Source of the DNA: Bacteroidales bacterium
GTDB lineage: Bacteria > Bacteroidota > Bacteroidia > Bacteroidales > GCA-2711565
Assembly (NCBI GenBank): GCA_028280405.1
Contig: JANQLW010000022.1
Location: forward strand, 64,212-128,211
Length of the DNA stretch: 64,000 nucleotides
Direction of reading: 5' to 3'
How positions within the stretch are numbered: the stretch's first letter is position 1; every line of letters starts with the position of its first letter. Shown piece by piece: positions 17,939 through 27,748 of this stretch. The position numbers and the translations under genes are program-made. The notes beneath the pieces are model-generated. The model had not been told where the DNA came from. It worked only from the letters and a program-made list of their open reading frames with translations, and searched no databases.

Positions 17939-20900
17939 TTAAAAAGTTAATTGAACACCAGCAGAAAGAATTCTTAAAGGGGGCACAGCGAAGTTCTGTG
18001 TTTCAGGATCCAGACCTTTATAATCTGTAATGGTCCATAAATTCTGTCCTTGTACATATATTTTCATTTTTTGTATCCCTGTTTTTTCTAAAAACTTTGC
18101 AGGTAATGTATATGAGAAATGAACATTTTTTAAACGGATAAAAGAAGCATCTGTTAGTTCACGACTTGTTGCACCAATAGGACTAAAAGCTACACCTGCA
18201 ATTGAACCATTACTACTTGTGTATTTTTGAACATTTGTTTCATCCCCGGGTTGTTGCCACCTGTTAATCACCTCTATCGGTTGATTCATTCTGGTTCCCG
18301 GTGCATTAAATAATGTTGAAAATGTGGTGCCTTTTTGTTTAACAAACTGAAACAAGAAATTAAGTTCAACCCCCTTGTAGCTTAAGTTATTCTGAACACC
18401 TCCAAAATATTTTTGATTTTTATTGCCAAAAAATTGAAGATCCTCCGGGTTATCCAAACCGTCTCCATTATTGTTTAAATCTTCATACACATATATACCT
18501 GTTGCCGGATCTATTCCTATAAGTTTAAACCCTTTTATATCTCTAAGTGATCTTCCCACTTCAGTTCTGTCTCTATACTCAGAACCCTCGATATTTGGAA
18601 AAGACACCACTTTAGCTATTGAAACCGGTACGGTTAGATTCAGATAAGAACTCCATGAAAAATTCCTGGAACTAAAATTTATAGTGTTAAGTTCAAACTC
18701 CCAGCCACTGTTTTCAATATCCGCATTTAAATTGGCCTGAAAACTTTGAAAACCGGTAATTGCTGAAATTGAACGCCCCACTAATTGATTGTCCGATCTG
18801 TTTTTATACCAACTTAAAGAAAAGTTAATGTTATCATTGAATAGCCCTAAATCCAGACCAAATTCCAATTTTTTATTCGTTTCCCAACCAAAAGTAGGAT
18901 TTGCAAGACGTACTGGAACTAAACCAACATCGCCTTGATATATCTGCCCGGAGCCATAAGTACTCAAATAGCCATAATCCTGAATTCTATCGTTACCCGT
19001 TAAGCCATAGCTTCCTCTGATTTTTCCAAAGGAAATAATTGAATTGTCAGATATAAAATTTTCTTTTGAAAATATCCATGCCGCACCAATGGCTCCAAAA
19101 TTACCAAACCGATTTCCCGGTCCAAACCGACTCGAGCCATCACGACGCCCCGTTAGATTGACAAAGTATTTTTCATCCCAATTAAAATTTAATCTGGTAA
19201 AAATGGCTGTATATTTAAATTTAGTGAGACCAGAACTTATAATTCTAATACTTGAATGCGATTTTAAATCTGTAATTAAAGCATCATTTTTTGCTCCAAA
19301 TGCCGATATTGAAAGGTTCTCATTGTTTGTACTTCTGAACGTGCTTCCTATCAGGACTTTCATTTTCATCTTCCCAAAAACTTTATTATAATTAATTTGA
19401 GGTTCTATGATCCAGGTACTTATATAAGAGTCAGCTAAATTAACCTGTGCAAAATCAATACCCCTAGATGGAGAAAATGAACTTATTGGGATTTTTGTAG
19501 TTTCATCCGTCTGTAATCTATTATAGCCAAAAGTGGAACTTATAGCTAAACCTTCTGACAATTTATATGATAACATTCCATTGGTAATGATATTTAATGT
19601 ATTATATGAGTAAGGCGTTTGTAATGCTAAAATAGGATTGTTATTAAATGTTTCATTTTCTCTGTTAGGCTTACCGAATTCATCATATAAGGCGGGTGCA
19701 TTGGGTGGTAAGGTTAAAGCATCTCTGGTTAAATCTTTCCGTATTAAATTATTCTTTTCAAAAATGATATTAACTCCCGCATTTGCAGTAAACTTTTTAT
19801 TATTTGAAGAATGGTTTATGTTTAATTTGCCTGAACCTCTTTGATAATTTAAATCACCCGGAAATACGGTGGATTCCTTATAGTAACTACCCCCAAGAAA
19901 AAATTGTGTATTCTCATTACCTCCTGAAGCGTTAGCATTAAAACTTGTAATTTTTGCAGTACCCCCTAATAGTTCCTCTTGCCAGTCTGTATAACGTGTT
20001 TGATCCCATGTTCCATTTACGTCATAGTCTCTCGAGCGCGGTGTCATACCATCATTAGCAAAGGCTTCGTTACGCATTTCTATATATTGCTCGGTATTTA
20101 GTAAATCTACTTTATTTGATACTTGACCAAATCCTGTCCAAGTATCGATATAAAGTTGTGTTTTTCCAATTTTTCCTTTTTTAGTCGTAATAAGTACCAC
20201 TCCATTAGCTGCCTGGGAACCATATATAGCTGTTACATCAGCATCTTTCAAAACTTCTATGCTCTCAATATCAGCAATATTTATAGAAGCTAAAGGATTA
20301 AACCTTCCATTAGCTGATCCGAATGTGGCTTGTGCAATTGGAATATCCGGATAAGGAACACCGTCAATAATGTACAACGGCCAATTTCCTTCCTGTCTAA
20401 AACTATTGATTCCACGAATTTGAATGCGAAAACCACCACCTGGTACACCGCTAAATGGCTGAATCTGCACACCTGACATTCTTCCCTGCAAGGCCTGCAA
20501 TGGGTTGGAAACCGGTTGCTTTTCGATTTCTTTAGAAGCTATCCTGGAAATATTCCCTGTTTTTTCCCGTTCTTTTACGGTATAATAACCGGCATTAATG
20601 GTTACTTCTTCCAATTCGGTAGCAGCTGTTTCCAAGCTAACATTAATAATGGTTTTATTACCTACTATAATTTCCTGCTTGGCAAAACCTATATATGAGA
20701 ATACTAATACCGTTTTTGAATCAGGAACCGTAATTGAATATTCTCCATCCGCATTAGTGGTTATTCCCTTAAAGGTTCCTTTGATTAATATGGTGGCACC
20801 GGGTAAAGGCTTACCGTCTTTATCCGTGACCCTCCCTTTGATTTTTGTTAGGACGACCTCCGGGTTTACAGGAGTTTGTTTTTTTAGAATGATCTGTTTA

Positions 20901-21235
20901 TCCAGTACTTCAAAAGATATCCCTTTACCGGCAAATAAACGTTCTAATACTGTTTTAAGTTTTTCATCCCGGGCTTTTATTGATAGCTGTTGGCTCAGGT
21001 CTATATCTGTACGGTTTACTAAAAATTTAAAATCTGTTTTAGATTCGATTTCACTTAAGACTTGTTCCAGACTTACCTTATCAATATCCAGCGTAATTTT
21101 TGTGTTTTGTGCGTAGCCTTTGTATGACAGGATTAGCATTATTGCCAGCGTAATACAAAACAAAAATGGCTTCATTGAAAATCCAAATTTTGGCAAAAAG
21201 CTTCCATTTGTCATTTTTATGCATTTTTTTTTCAT
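17939..21235 (-). CDS. SusC/RagA-family TonB-dependent transporter with an N-terminal STN signalling domain and a carboxypeptidase-regulatory-like domain
   Basis: 1098 aa. An STN-like N-terminus is followed by GRVTDKDGKPLPGATILIKGT, a plug region (IESIEVLKDADVTAIYGSQAANGVVLITTKKG) and a beta-barrel ending in F. The true start may be M21 (coordinate 21175). Confidence 0.9.
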   Translation of the reverse strand: MKKKCIKMTNGSFLPKFGFSMKPFLFCITLAIMLILSYKGYAQNTKITLDIDKVSLEQVLSEIESKTDFKFLVNRTDIDLSQQLSIKARDEKLKTVLERLFAGKGISFEVLDKQIILKKQTPVNPEVVLTKIKGRVTDKDGKPLPGATILIKGTFKGITTNADGEYSITVPDSKTVLVFSYIGFAKQEIIVGNKTIINVSLETAATELEEVTINAGYYTVKEREKTGNISRIASKEIEKQPVSNPLQALQGRMSGVQIQPFSGVPGGGFRIQIRGINSFRQEGNWPLYIIDGVPYPDIPIAQATFGSANGRFNPLASINIADIESIEVLKDADVTAIYGSQAANGVVLITTKKGKIGKTQLYIDTWTGFGQVSNKVDLLNTEQYIEMRNEAFANDGMTPRSRDYDVNGTWDQTRYTDWQEELLGGTAKITSFNANASGGNENTQFFLGGSYYKESTVFPGDLNYQRGSGKLNINHSSNNKKFTANAGVNIIFEKNNLIRKDLTRDALTLPPNAPALYDEFGKPNRENETFNNNPILALQTPYSYNTLNIITNGMLSYKLSEGLAISSTFGYNRLQTDETTKIPISSFSPSRGIDFAQVNLADSYISTWIIEPQINYNKVFGKMKMKVLIGSTFRSTNNENLSISAFGAKNDALITDLKSHSSIRIISSGLTKFKYTAIFTRLNFNWDEKYFVNLTGRRDGSSRFGPGNRFGNFGAIGAAWIFSKENFISDNSIISFGKIRGSYGLTGNDRIQDYGYLSTYGSGQIYQGDVGLVPVRLANPTFGWETNKKLEFGLDLGLFNDNINFSLSWYKNRSDNQLVGRSISAITGFQSFQANLNADIENSGWEFELNTINFSSRNFSWSSYLNLTVPVSIAKVVSFPNIEGSEYRDRTEVGRSLRDIKGFKLIGIDPATGIYVYEDLNNNGDGLDNPEDLQFFGNKNQKYFGGVQNNLSYKGVELNFLFQFVKQKGTTFSTLFNAPGTRMNQPIEVINRWQQPGDETNVQKYTSSNGSIAGVAFSPIGATSRELTDASFIRLKNVHFSYTLPAKFLEKTGIQKMKIYVQGQNLWTITDYKGLDPETQNFAVPPLRILSAGVQLTF

Positions 21236-21382
21236 AATTTTGGTTTGATTTGTTAGTGAATAATATTTTTATTCGCTCTACATTTTAACCGGGATTCCGG
21301 ACCATGGGATTCCGGTTATATCTTTTCTTTTAGAGCTTTTCTTCATGTTTTGGTGTTTTTTATGTTTTCATTGTTTTCTTTG

Positions 21383-22558
21383 TTAGTTAATAATAATTTG
21401 ATTGTTTTTAATGCTATATTCAATTGCATAGCTTTTATGAAAGGCCTTTAACACCTGTTCAATGCTTTCGATATCAAAGGTAGCATCGTAATATTGCTTA
21501 TCCAGTTCCGTATTGTTGTTGATAATGGTAACATTGTAATGGCGTTCCAATTTTTTAATGATATTTTTGAAAGGGATATTTTTGAAAATAAGTTTCCCCT
21601 GCATCCAGGCAATATATCGTTCGGTATCAGCCATTTTTGTAATTATTTTTCCGTTAACATCAACAGAAGCGATTTCTCCGGGCTTTAAAGTTAGAGAGAG
21701 AGGAAAAGAGGAGGCTGATAGATCAGCTTGATCACCTGGCTGTTCTGCAGGCAGGGAGTCGAAGAATGAGGAGACCTCCACACTTCCTTCGATTAGTACG
21801 GTGGTGGTTTGGAGGTCTTCGGGATAAGCGCTTAGGTTGAATTGGGTTCCCAGCACTTTTACATTTGTGTTTTTGGCGTTGATAATGAAAGGATGGACAA
21901 TATCTTTAGCTACCTTAAAAAAGGCTTCGCCATTTAAAAAAATCCGGCGGTTTTGTCCGTTGATAAATTTTACGGGATATTTTAAAGAGGTTCCTGCATT
22001 CAGGTGTATTTGTGTACCGTCTGATAATTGAATTTCAAAACGTTTACCGTAAGGTACATTTAAGGTATTATATATTAAGGTGTCTTTTACTTCAGTCGTA
22101 TTATTGTAGATTAATTGTTTACCGTTTTGTGTTCCGACGATCGTACCATTTACATCAAGTATTTGGGCGGTGCTATCTTCTTTAATGATTTGAATATCTC
22201 CATTTGCCAATTGTAGGGTAATGTCTTCGTCTTCAATAATCAGGGTGGGTTCATTTCCAGAGTAATCTTGCCGGAAAATATAAGCTAAACCTAAAAGTAA
22301 AATGGCTAAGGCAGCATACCTGAACCATTGCGGGAATAATTTTTGTACCGGTTTTTCTTTACTTTCAATATGGTGCATGACTTTATTGTAGGCCTCTTCT
22401 ACATTGCTTTTCAAGATGGCCAGATTTAAATCATGATAATCCCGTACATAATTTTTCAGTACCGATTGGTTTTCGGGCTTATGCAGGTAATCACGAAGTT
22501 TTATCAATTCAGCTTCAGTAATAGTACCGGTAAAGAGTTTTGTAATCAGGCTTTTCAT
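21383..22558 (-). CDS. FecR-family anti-sigma factor
   Basis: 391 aa. It has an N-terminal cytoplasmic helix, one TM segment (YAALAILLLGLAYIF) and a FecR-like periplasmic domain (GEAFFKVAKD...PFII...VKVLGTQFNLSAY). It sits between the sigma and susC genes. Confidence 0.85.
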   Translation of the reverse strand: MKSLITKLFTGTITEAELIKLRDYLHKPENQSVLKNYVRDYHDLNLAILKSNVEEAYNKVMHHIESKEKPVQKLFPQWFRYAALAILLLGLAYIFRQDYSGNEPTLIIEDEDITLQLANGDIQIIKEDSTAQILDVNGTIVGTQNGKQLIYNNTTEVKDTLIYNTLNVPYGKRFEIQLSDGTQIHLNAGTSLKYPVKFINGQNRRIFLNGEAFFKVAKDIVHPFIINAKNTNVKVLGTQFNLSAYPEDLQTTTVLIEGSVEVSSFFDSLPAEQPGDQADLSASSFPLSLTLKPGEIASVDVNGKIITKMADTERYIAWMQGKLIFKNIPFKNIIKKLERHYNVTIINNNTELDKQYYDATFDIESIEQVLKAFHKSYAIEYSIKNNQIIIN

Positions 22559-22704
22559 TTGGTTGGATTATGTATTTTCCTATTAAAATTAATACTTATA
22601 TACCTAAATGCTCCAAAAGCTCAAAAAACCCTTAGTGATAATTAAAAAAAAATTTTCACCTTTACAGCATAAAATGGTGATTTGCTTTAACACATTCACT
22701 TACA

Positions 22705-23286
22705 ATGTACGAGAAAACAGTTGTAAATGCATTACAGACAGGCGATAAGGCAGCGTTTAAATGGTTGTTTGAACGTTATTACGATCGTCTTATGGCTTAT
22801 GTTATGACTTATACGCATGACCGTGCATGGTCGGAAGATGTGGTTCAGCAAGCTTTTATTGACTTGTGGAATGACCGGCAAAAGCTGGATGCCGGCAAAT
22901 CTCCTAAAAATTATTTATATGCTATCGCCCATAACCGTTATATTGATAGTATCAAAGATAAAAAACGGCGGGAGAAAATTTTGGATGTGATCTGGGAACG
23001 TGCATTGGAAGATCGTATTAAAGAAGATAATGAACTGCTTGAAAAGCGTATTGATAAAATGAAGCGGGTGATAACGGATTTACCTCCCAAATGTAAAGAA
23101 ATCATTGAGCTTAATAAGATACAGGGTATCAAATATAAAGATATAGCCATACGTATGGGTATTTCGGTTAAAACGGTAGAGGCTCATATGGGAACGGCTT
23201 TTAAAAAAATACGGAAAGCTTTTAAAGATAATAATGCATTATTGTTTTTTCTTTTGGGAAAGTTGAAATTGAGATCACGAGAATGA
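22705..23286 (+). CDS. ECF-type RNA polymerase sigma-70 factor
   Basis: 193 aa. Region 2 (DVVQQAFIDLW) and region 4 HTH (KYKDIAIRMGISVKTVEAHMGTAFKKIR) are present. Divergent from the FecR gene. Confidence 0.9.
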   Translation: MYEKTVVNALQTGDKAAFKWLFERYYDRLMAYVMTYTHDRAWSEDVVQQAFIDLWNDRQKLDAGKSPKNYLYAIAHNRYIDSIKDKKRREKILDVIWERALEDRIKEDNELLEKRIDKMKRVITDLPPKCKEIIELNKIQGIKYKDIAIRMGISVKTVEAHMGTAFKKIRKAFKDNNALLFFLLGKLKLRSRE

Positions 23287-23718
23287 TTTTGCTTTACCCG
23301 CCAAACACCACACTCACAATATTGCTCTACTGCCCGGTCTCATCATCACCGCTCAGGCCAATTTTCTTCTTAGACCCACCCCGGCCCCTCCCTAAAAAAT
23401 CTACTCTTTATACACATCTTTTATCACAATACCGATTTTTTACCTTCCGAATGCTGAATATTGTTTTCAATGTTTTAAAATGAAATAAAATGGTGTCGTC
23501 CCTACAGGACTTATAATAGTTGTCTTCTATTATTTACTACTACCATACTTTAGCCCCTTTAGGGGCTAATCGAAGAACAATAGAAATTACTTATAGAGCC
23601 GTAGGCTCAAAATTATGGTAGTATATTATGATATGTGGGATTAAATAAAGTCCCGTTTAAAATTTCATGAAAGAGGAGTAAACCCCGGAATCTACTGGCA
23701 CAGATTCCGGGGAAATAT

Positions 23719-23886
23719 GAATCAATTTTAATTAAGGAGAGATTATCGGCTATGGGAAGCCATCCTATTTTTTTTAAGTAAAGCCTGGTATTCAAACTAT
23801 AGTAATTGTTTGTAAGTGAAAGGATGGCTTCCCATATCAATGAACCAGGAAGCCATCCTCGATTTAATCGTAAAGAGGATGGGTTC
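23719..23886. repeat. Copy B of the conserved 3' noncoding element, plus extra GGGAAGCCATCC-type inverted repeats
   Basis: 23753-23823 matches 13871-13941. The 12-mer gggaagccatcc (23753-23764) is inverted at 23821-23832. A related hairpin, ggaagccatcctc / gaggatgggttcc, lies at 23847-23886. Confidence 0.85.
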
Positions 23887-23894
23887 CCTTTTTG

Positions 23895-24626
23895 CTATTG
23901 TTTAAAATCAAAAACCGACTCATCAATTTTTCCGTTGATCTCATAAGAATCAACCTGGATGACCATGTGCGATTCATCAATAATTTGATTGATGGAAAAA
24001 GGAAGCAATATGCCGTCAACTTCCCTGTAATCACTGTAATACGTATAAAGGGTAGATTCATGTGCACCTCGTTTATACTCTCTTTCTACCAATACCTGAA
24101 GAAACGTTTTTTTGCTGATATACGAAATAGAAACATCATCTACCAGCTTACCATTCTTCGGAATTTTTCCTTTGGTAAGTTGTAAATGGTAACAGTCCTC
24201 TCCCTGAATATTTTCTTCCCCCATTAATTCAATTTTATAGCCGTACTTTTTCGCAACAATAAAATCAGAAGGAAAGTCTTTTGCACCTTTTTTGGACCGT
24301 AAACTTGCCTCTTCACTTCTTTTTTGGGGTTTCATGCTTCTAAAATTAGTCTCCCATCGAATCGCTCCATCAAAGGCAAAATCTACAACATACTCTCCAT
24401 TCATTTTCCTTAGTCCTACAAATTTTCCTTTTTTATTGATGCTTACGATATCGATAAGCCCTCCTGAAGAATTAAGTTTTGCATTCATTTGAATGGACTT
24501 GATCTCATTCCAGGCTTTTTCTCCACCTGTTTTTTCAATGTGTTTCTGAACAATTTCCTCTGCCGTTTGCCCGTTGACAAAAACAATCATCAGTATGCAT
24601 ATAAATAATAATGTAATTTTTTTCAT
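23895..24626 (-). CDS. Secreted hypothetical protein; last gene of Sus-like locus B
   Basis: 243 aa with a signal peptide (LLFICILMIVFVNGQ). No motif I can assign with confidence. Confidence 0.55.
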   Translation of the reverse strand: MKKITLLFICILMIVFVNGQTAEEIVQKHIEKTGGEKAWNEIKSIQMNAKLNSSGGLIDIVSINKKGKFVGLRKMNGEYVVDFAFDGAIRWETNFRSMKPQKRSEEASLRSKKGAKDFPSDFIVAKKYGYKIELMGEENIQGEDCYHLQLTKGKIPKNGKLVDDVSISYISKKTFLQVLVEREYKRGAHESTLYTYYSDYREVDGILLPFSINQIIDESHMVIQVDSYEINGKIDESVFDFKQ

Positions 24627-24769
24627 CTGTTTTATTTTTTTGATTTGATTTTTGTTACTACTGGATGCTTGGGACTCAAATATTTGCTATCCTTAGTCCT
24701 CAATCTATTATTTTTCTATTGCTCTATCATTATCGATTCATTCTTCCCGTCTTATCTTCCTTTCGTCTC

Positions 24770-26095
24770 TCAGTCTTTCTTTCCCAACTCCAGGTATTGA
24801 CGGATCAATGGTTCAAGCTTGTGGCCACGTGCCTGTTTATTGACAATCTTTCCGTCTTTATCCAGTAACCAAACCGTGGGTAAGGAAGTAATGCCGTATA
24901 AATGCCTGTAAGAATCGGATGTAAATCCACTGCCTTCAAAACGTTGTGGCCAAGCCATTTTATTTCTACGAAGAAGTTCTTTCACATGCATACGTAATCG
25001 TTCATCATCAAAACAAATTCCAACAATCTCAAAGCCCTGTTCATGGTATTTTTTATAAGCTGCTTTCAGGTAGCGGATTTCTGCCAGACAAGGTTTGCAC
25101 CAACTAGCCCAAAAATCAACCAGCACCACTTTACCACGCAATTCTGCTACACTTACTTTAGCCCCGTCCATGGCTGTGAATTCCATTGTGAGTGGCTTTT
25201 TACCGGATATAATATCTAAGGCTTCTATTTGTTTTTTGGCTGTTTTGCGCAATGCTTTCAACCCAGCTTCATTGGCCAATTTGCCATTATCATCAATCGA
25301 CACTTGATACAGATGTTTCCAAAAGCTTTCTGTATATTCCGGGGCATAGGATTTTAGGGTCGATAAGATTGTTCTGGCACGATCGGCCAGTATCGGCAAT
25401 GTGGCATACTTTTTAATGTGTTCATCAAAACGTAGTTGAAAGGCCTGCCAGTAATAGCTGTTTAACATTCGCCAATAATCACTTTTCTGCTTTCTTTTTT
25501 TGGGTAAAAAACTATGGTAGATACCGGCTTGTTGAAAGTCACGGTATAAAAGCGAAAATGTAGCATCTTCCTTTTGCTCAACAGAAGCCCGGGAGGCCAG
25601 TACTTCGGCTACCATTTTATTGCCTTTTTCAAGCCATTTTTTTCTGGATTGATGGTCTATGGGGAGTTTTCGCATCATCCGATAAAATTCTCCCGAAGGG
25701 AGGCTATCTAAGAATTCTTGTTGCACATTCGAAATTTCTCCAATAAAATAAGGATTGGCATAGATAAAGATGGCACGGGCATGATGGCGACGTTTATCTT
25801 CAGGATAATTTTCCCAGAAGGCTTTGGCTAGCTTGATTCGTTCCCTTTTGCGTTTGTCTTCAAACTGTTTACGAGCCAAATTGGATGTTTCTTTAGAATT
25901 ATAAGTACGATGTTCCGCTTGGGATTTGAACATGGGCAGGGCTTGTTGCAAAGCGGACCAGTCTGTATCGGCATCTGTTTTCAAGGTATCTGTAGTTGCT
26001 TGTGCCCGTAAATTGATACTATATACTACTGTGATTCCAATAATAAGTAATGCCAAAGCTTTGCTACCTTGTATTTGTAAAGTATTTTTTTTCAT
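24770..26095 (-). CDS. TlpA-like thiol-disulfide oxidoreductase with an N-terminal helical region and a C-terminal thioredoxin domain
   Basis: 441 aa with a signal peptide. Classic TlpA/ResA block: GKVVLVDFWASWCKPCLAEIRYLKAAYKKYHEQGFEIVGICFDD ... ITSLPTVWLLDKDGKIV. Confidence 0.85.
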   Translation of the reverse strand: MKKNTLQIQGSKALALLIIGITVVYSINLRAQATTDTLKTDADTDWSALQQALPMFKSQAEHRTYNSKETSNLARKQFEDKRKRERIKLAKAFWENYPEDKRRHHARAIFIYANPYFIGEISNVQQEFLDSLPSGEFYRMMRKLPIDHQSRKKWLEKGNKMVAEVLASRASVEQKEDATFSLLYRDFQQAGIYHSFLPKKRKQKSDYWRMLNSYYWQAFQLRFDEHIKKYATLPILADRARTILSTLKSYAPEYTESFWKHLYQVSIDDNGKLANEAGLKALRKTAKKQIEALDIISGKKPLTMEFTAMDGAKVSVAELRGKVVLVDFWASWCKPCLAEIRYLKAAYKKYHEQGFEIVGICFDDERLRMHVKELLRRNKMAWPQRFEGSGFTSDSYRHLYGITSLPTVWLLDKDGKIVNKQARGHKLEPLIRQYLELGKKD

Positions 26096-26116
26096 TTGTA
26101 TTTAATTTTGGGAAAA

Positions 26117-26157
26117 GGGAAGCCATCCTCAAGCTTATAGCCATAGGATGGCTTCCC
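26117..26157. terminator. GGGAAGCCATCC inverted-repeat hairpin between susD and tlpA of locus B (possible attenuator or terminator)
   Basis: gggaagccatcc (26117-26128) and ggatggcttccc (26146-26157) form a 12-bp stem. T-runs follow on both strands (ctttttat on +, cttttccc on -). Confidence 0.5.
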
Positions 26158-26294
26158 TTTTTATATTATTGAAAGGGGGGGTGATCCCACCTAATATACA
26201 TTAAAATGGGGCGACACCCCTTACTTTCACCTTGTATTACCCCCTCTGTTCCGCTGAATAGCGAACCAGAGGGGAATAATGGAAAATGTGTTTA

Positions 26295-27740
26295 TCAATA
26301 GCCTGGGTTTTGGGTCATATTCGGGTTGTTTAATATTTCCCACTCCGGAATCGGCCATAAGACATCCGTTTCATCCCAAAAGGTTTTTATTGCACCTAAA
26401 ACAGTATTACTTCTTCCGGTGCGTTTGAGATCAAGCCAGCGATGGCCTTCTGCAAAAAGTTCGAAAGACCGTTCCTGTTCAATAGCCATCAATATCGAAG
26501 CCTGGTCATCGGTTGTAATATCAGTCAGGCCTGCCCTTGCCCGGATCATATTCAGGTCGGCTTTGGCACCATCGATGTCACCTTGTTTTACACGGGCTTC
26601 GGCACGGATGAGGTATTGCTCCGCCAACCTCATAAGGGTAAGAAATTCGATATCCGGACCCGAGAAAAAACGTATCTTATATTTATGACAATAATAATAA
26701 GTTACGGTGTCTCCCGGATTTGTGATGGTCAGGGAACCCACCCAATCATCTAAGCGTTTGTCTGTAGTGTCAAAAGCCTGAACCACTTCCTCACGTAATG
26801 AAAATTGTGATGGTTTACGGGTAAAAATGAAGCTAAATCCCGGAGAGATAGAAGTCGCGTTTTCCAGTTGCCAGATAGCCTCCTGACTATCGACCAGGAA
26901 TACTTCAGTCAGACCTTCAGCCAGTTCATAGGCCGGATCATCGATAAGGGCTGTGGCTTCTGCTTCGGCATTGTTCCAGTCTTCCGTATACAGATAGACC
27001 CTGGCTAAGAATGCTCTTGCTGCCCCCTTATTGACCCGGGTTCGGAACGGCTCCGTCACATATTCTTCGGGCAGCAGGCTGCCGGCTTGCTTGAGGTCTT
27101 CAATAATTTGTGCATAAACTTCGGATGCCGGCGTACGGGCCAATAGTATATTGGTCTGGTAATCGGTTGCTAATGTCAAGGGCACGTCCCCCCATAAATT
27201 CACCAGATAAAAATAAGCCAAGGCCCTTAAGAAGCGGGCTTCGCCTTCGAGCTGTAGAGCCAGATCCTCGCTTACATTTTCCGAAGCTTTAAGGCCTTCA
27301 AGGACACTATTGGTGACATAAACAAGATGGTACAATTTTTTCCAAAAACTATTATTGGAGCTATTTTGCACAGCGATACTATTATCAAAGAACTCTACAC
27401 GAGATTCGGTTGCCCAGTAATTTAAAAACTCATCGGATGCCATCCCGCTGAATACAATCAGGCCTGAATGCGAGCCCATCCATGTATAACCAATATCATT
27501 CATATTTCCATAGATACCTACCAAAGCCGATTCGGCATTGACATCACTGTCAAAAACCGTTTCACCGACCAGGAAGGTATCCGGTGGATCCAGTTCCACA
27601 AATTTTTCACAGGAACTCATCAAAACAACACAAAGCATGGCAATAATGAGCTTTTTTAATTGCTTTAGGGAGCATATTCCAGCAATCTGTTTTTTATCGA
27701 TCACCTTAACTATATATTTATTATTGTTATTTTTCATCAT
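26295..27740 (-). CDS. SusD/RagB-family outer-membrane lipoprotein
   Basis: 481 aa with a lipobox (VLMSSCEKF). Contains FLRALAYFYLVNLWGDVPL, ERSFELFAEGHRWLDLKR and C-terminal NPNMTQNPGY. It is a paralog of 16511-17929. Confidence 0.9.
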   Translation of the reverse strand: MMKNNNNKYIVKVIDKKQIAGICSLKQLKKLIIAMLCVVLMSSCEKFVELDPPDTFLVGETVFDSDVNAESALVGIYGNMNDIGYTWMGSHSGLIVFSGMASDEFLNYWATESRVEFFDNSIAVQNSSNNSFWKKLYHLVYVTNSVLEGLKASENVSEDLALQLEGEARFLRALAYFYLVNLWGDVPLTLATDYQTNILLARTPASEVYAQIIEDLKQAGSLLPEEYVTEPFRTRVNKGAARAFLARVYLYTEDWNNAEAEATALIDDPAYELAEGLTEVFLVDSQEAIWQLENATSISPGFSFIFTRKPSQFSLREEVVQAFDTTDKRLDDWVGSLTITNPGDTVTYYYCHKYKIRFFSGPDIEFLTLMRLAEQYLIRAEARVKQGDIDGAKADLNMIRARAGLTDITTDDQASILMAIEQERSFELFAEGHRWLDLKRTGRSNTVLGAIKTFWDETDVLWPIPEWEILNNPNMTQNPGY

Positions 27741-27748
27741 ACATCATT

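Noticed and set aside
20598-21116. 172-aa + strand ORF, and many similar 60-135-aa ORFs in the track (for example 19044-19391, 26326-26688, 26442-26753, 28121-28414, 32145-32480, 35442-35762, 48808-49167, 49740-50033, 51155-51511, 62396-62803)
   Set aside because: All lie antisense or out of frame inside long, well-supported genes (SusC, SusD, FecR, sigma, LanB, LanT, GT2). Their products are low-complexity Ser/Leu/Phe-rich sequences typical of shadow ORFs in AT-rich DNA.
23283-23483. 66-aa ORF overlapping the end of the sigma gene, plus ORFs at 23613-23840, 23864-24067 and 23892-24185
   Set aside because: They are Pro/Leu-rich or overlap repeat elements and the 243-aa gene. They have no signal or motif and are better explained as noncoding repeat or hairpin sequence.
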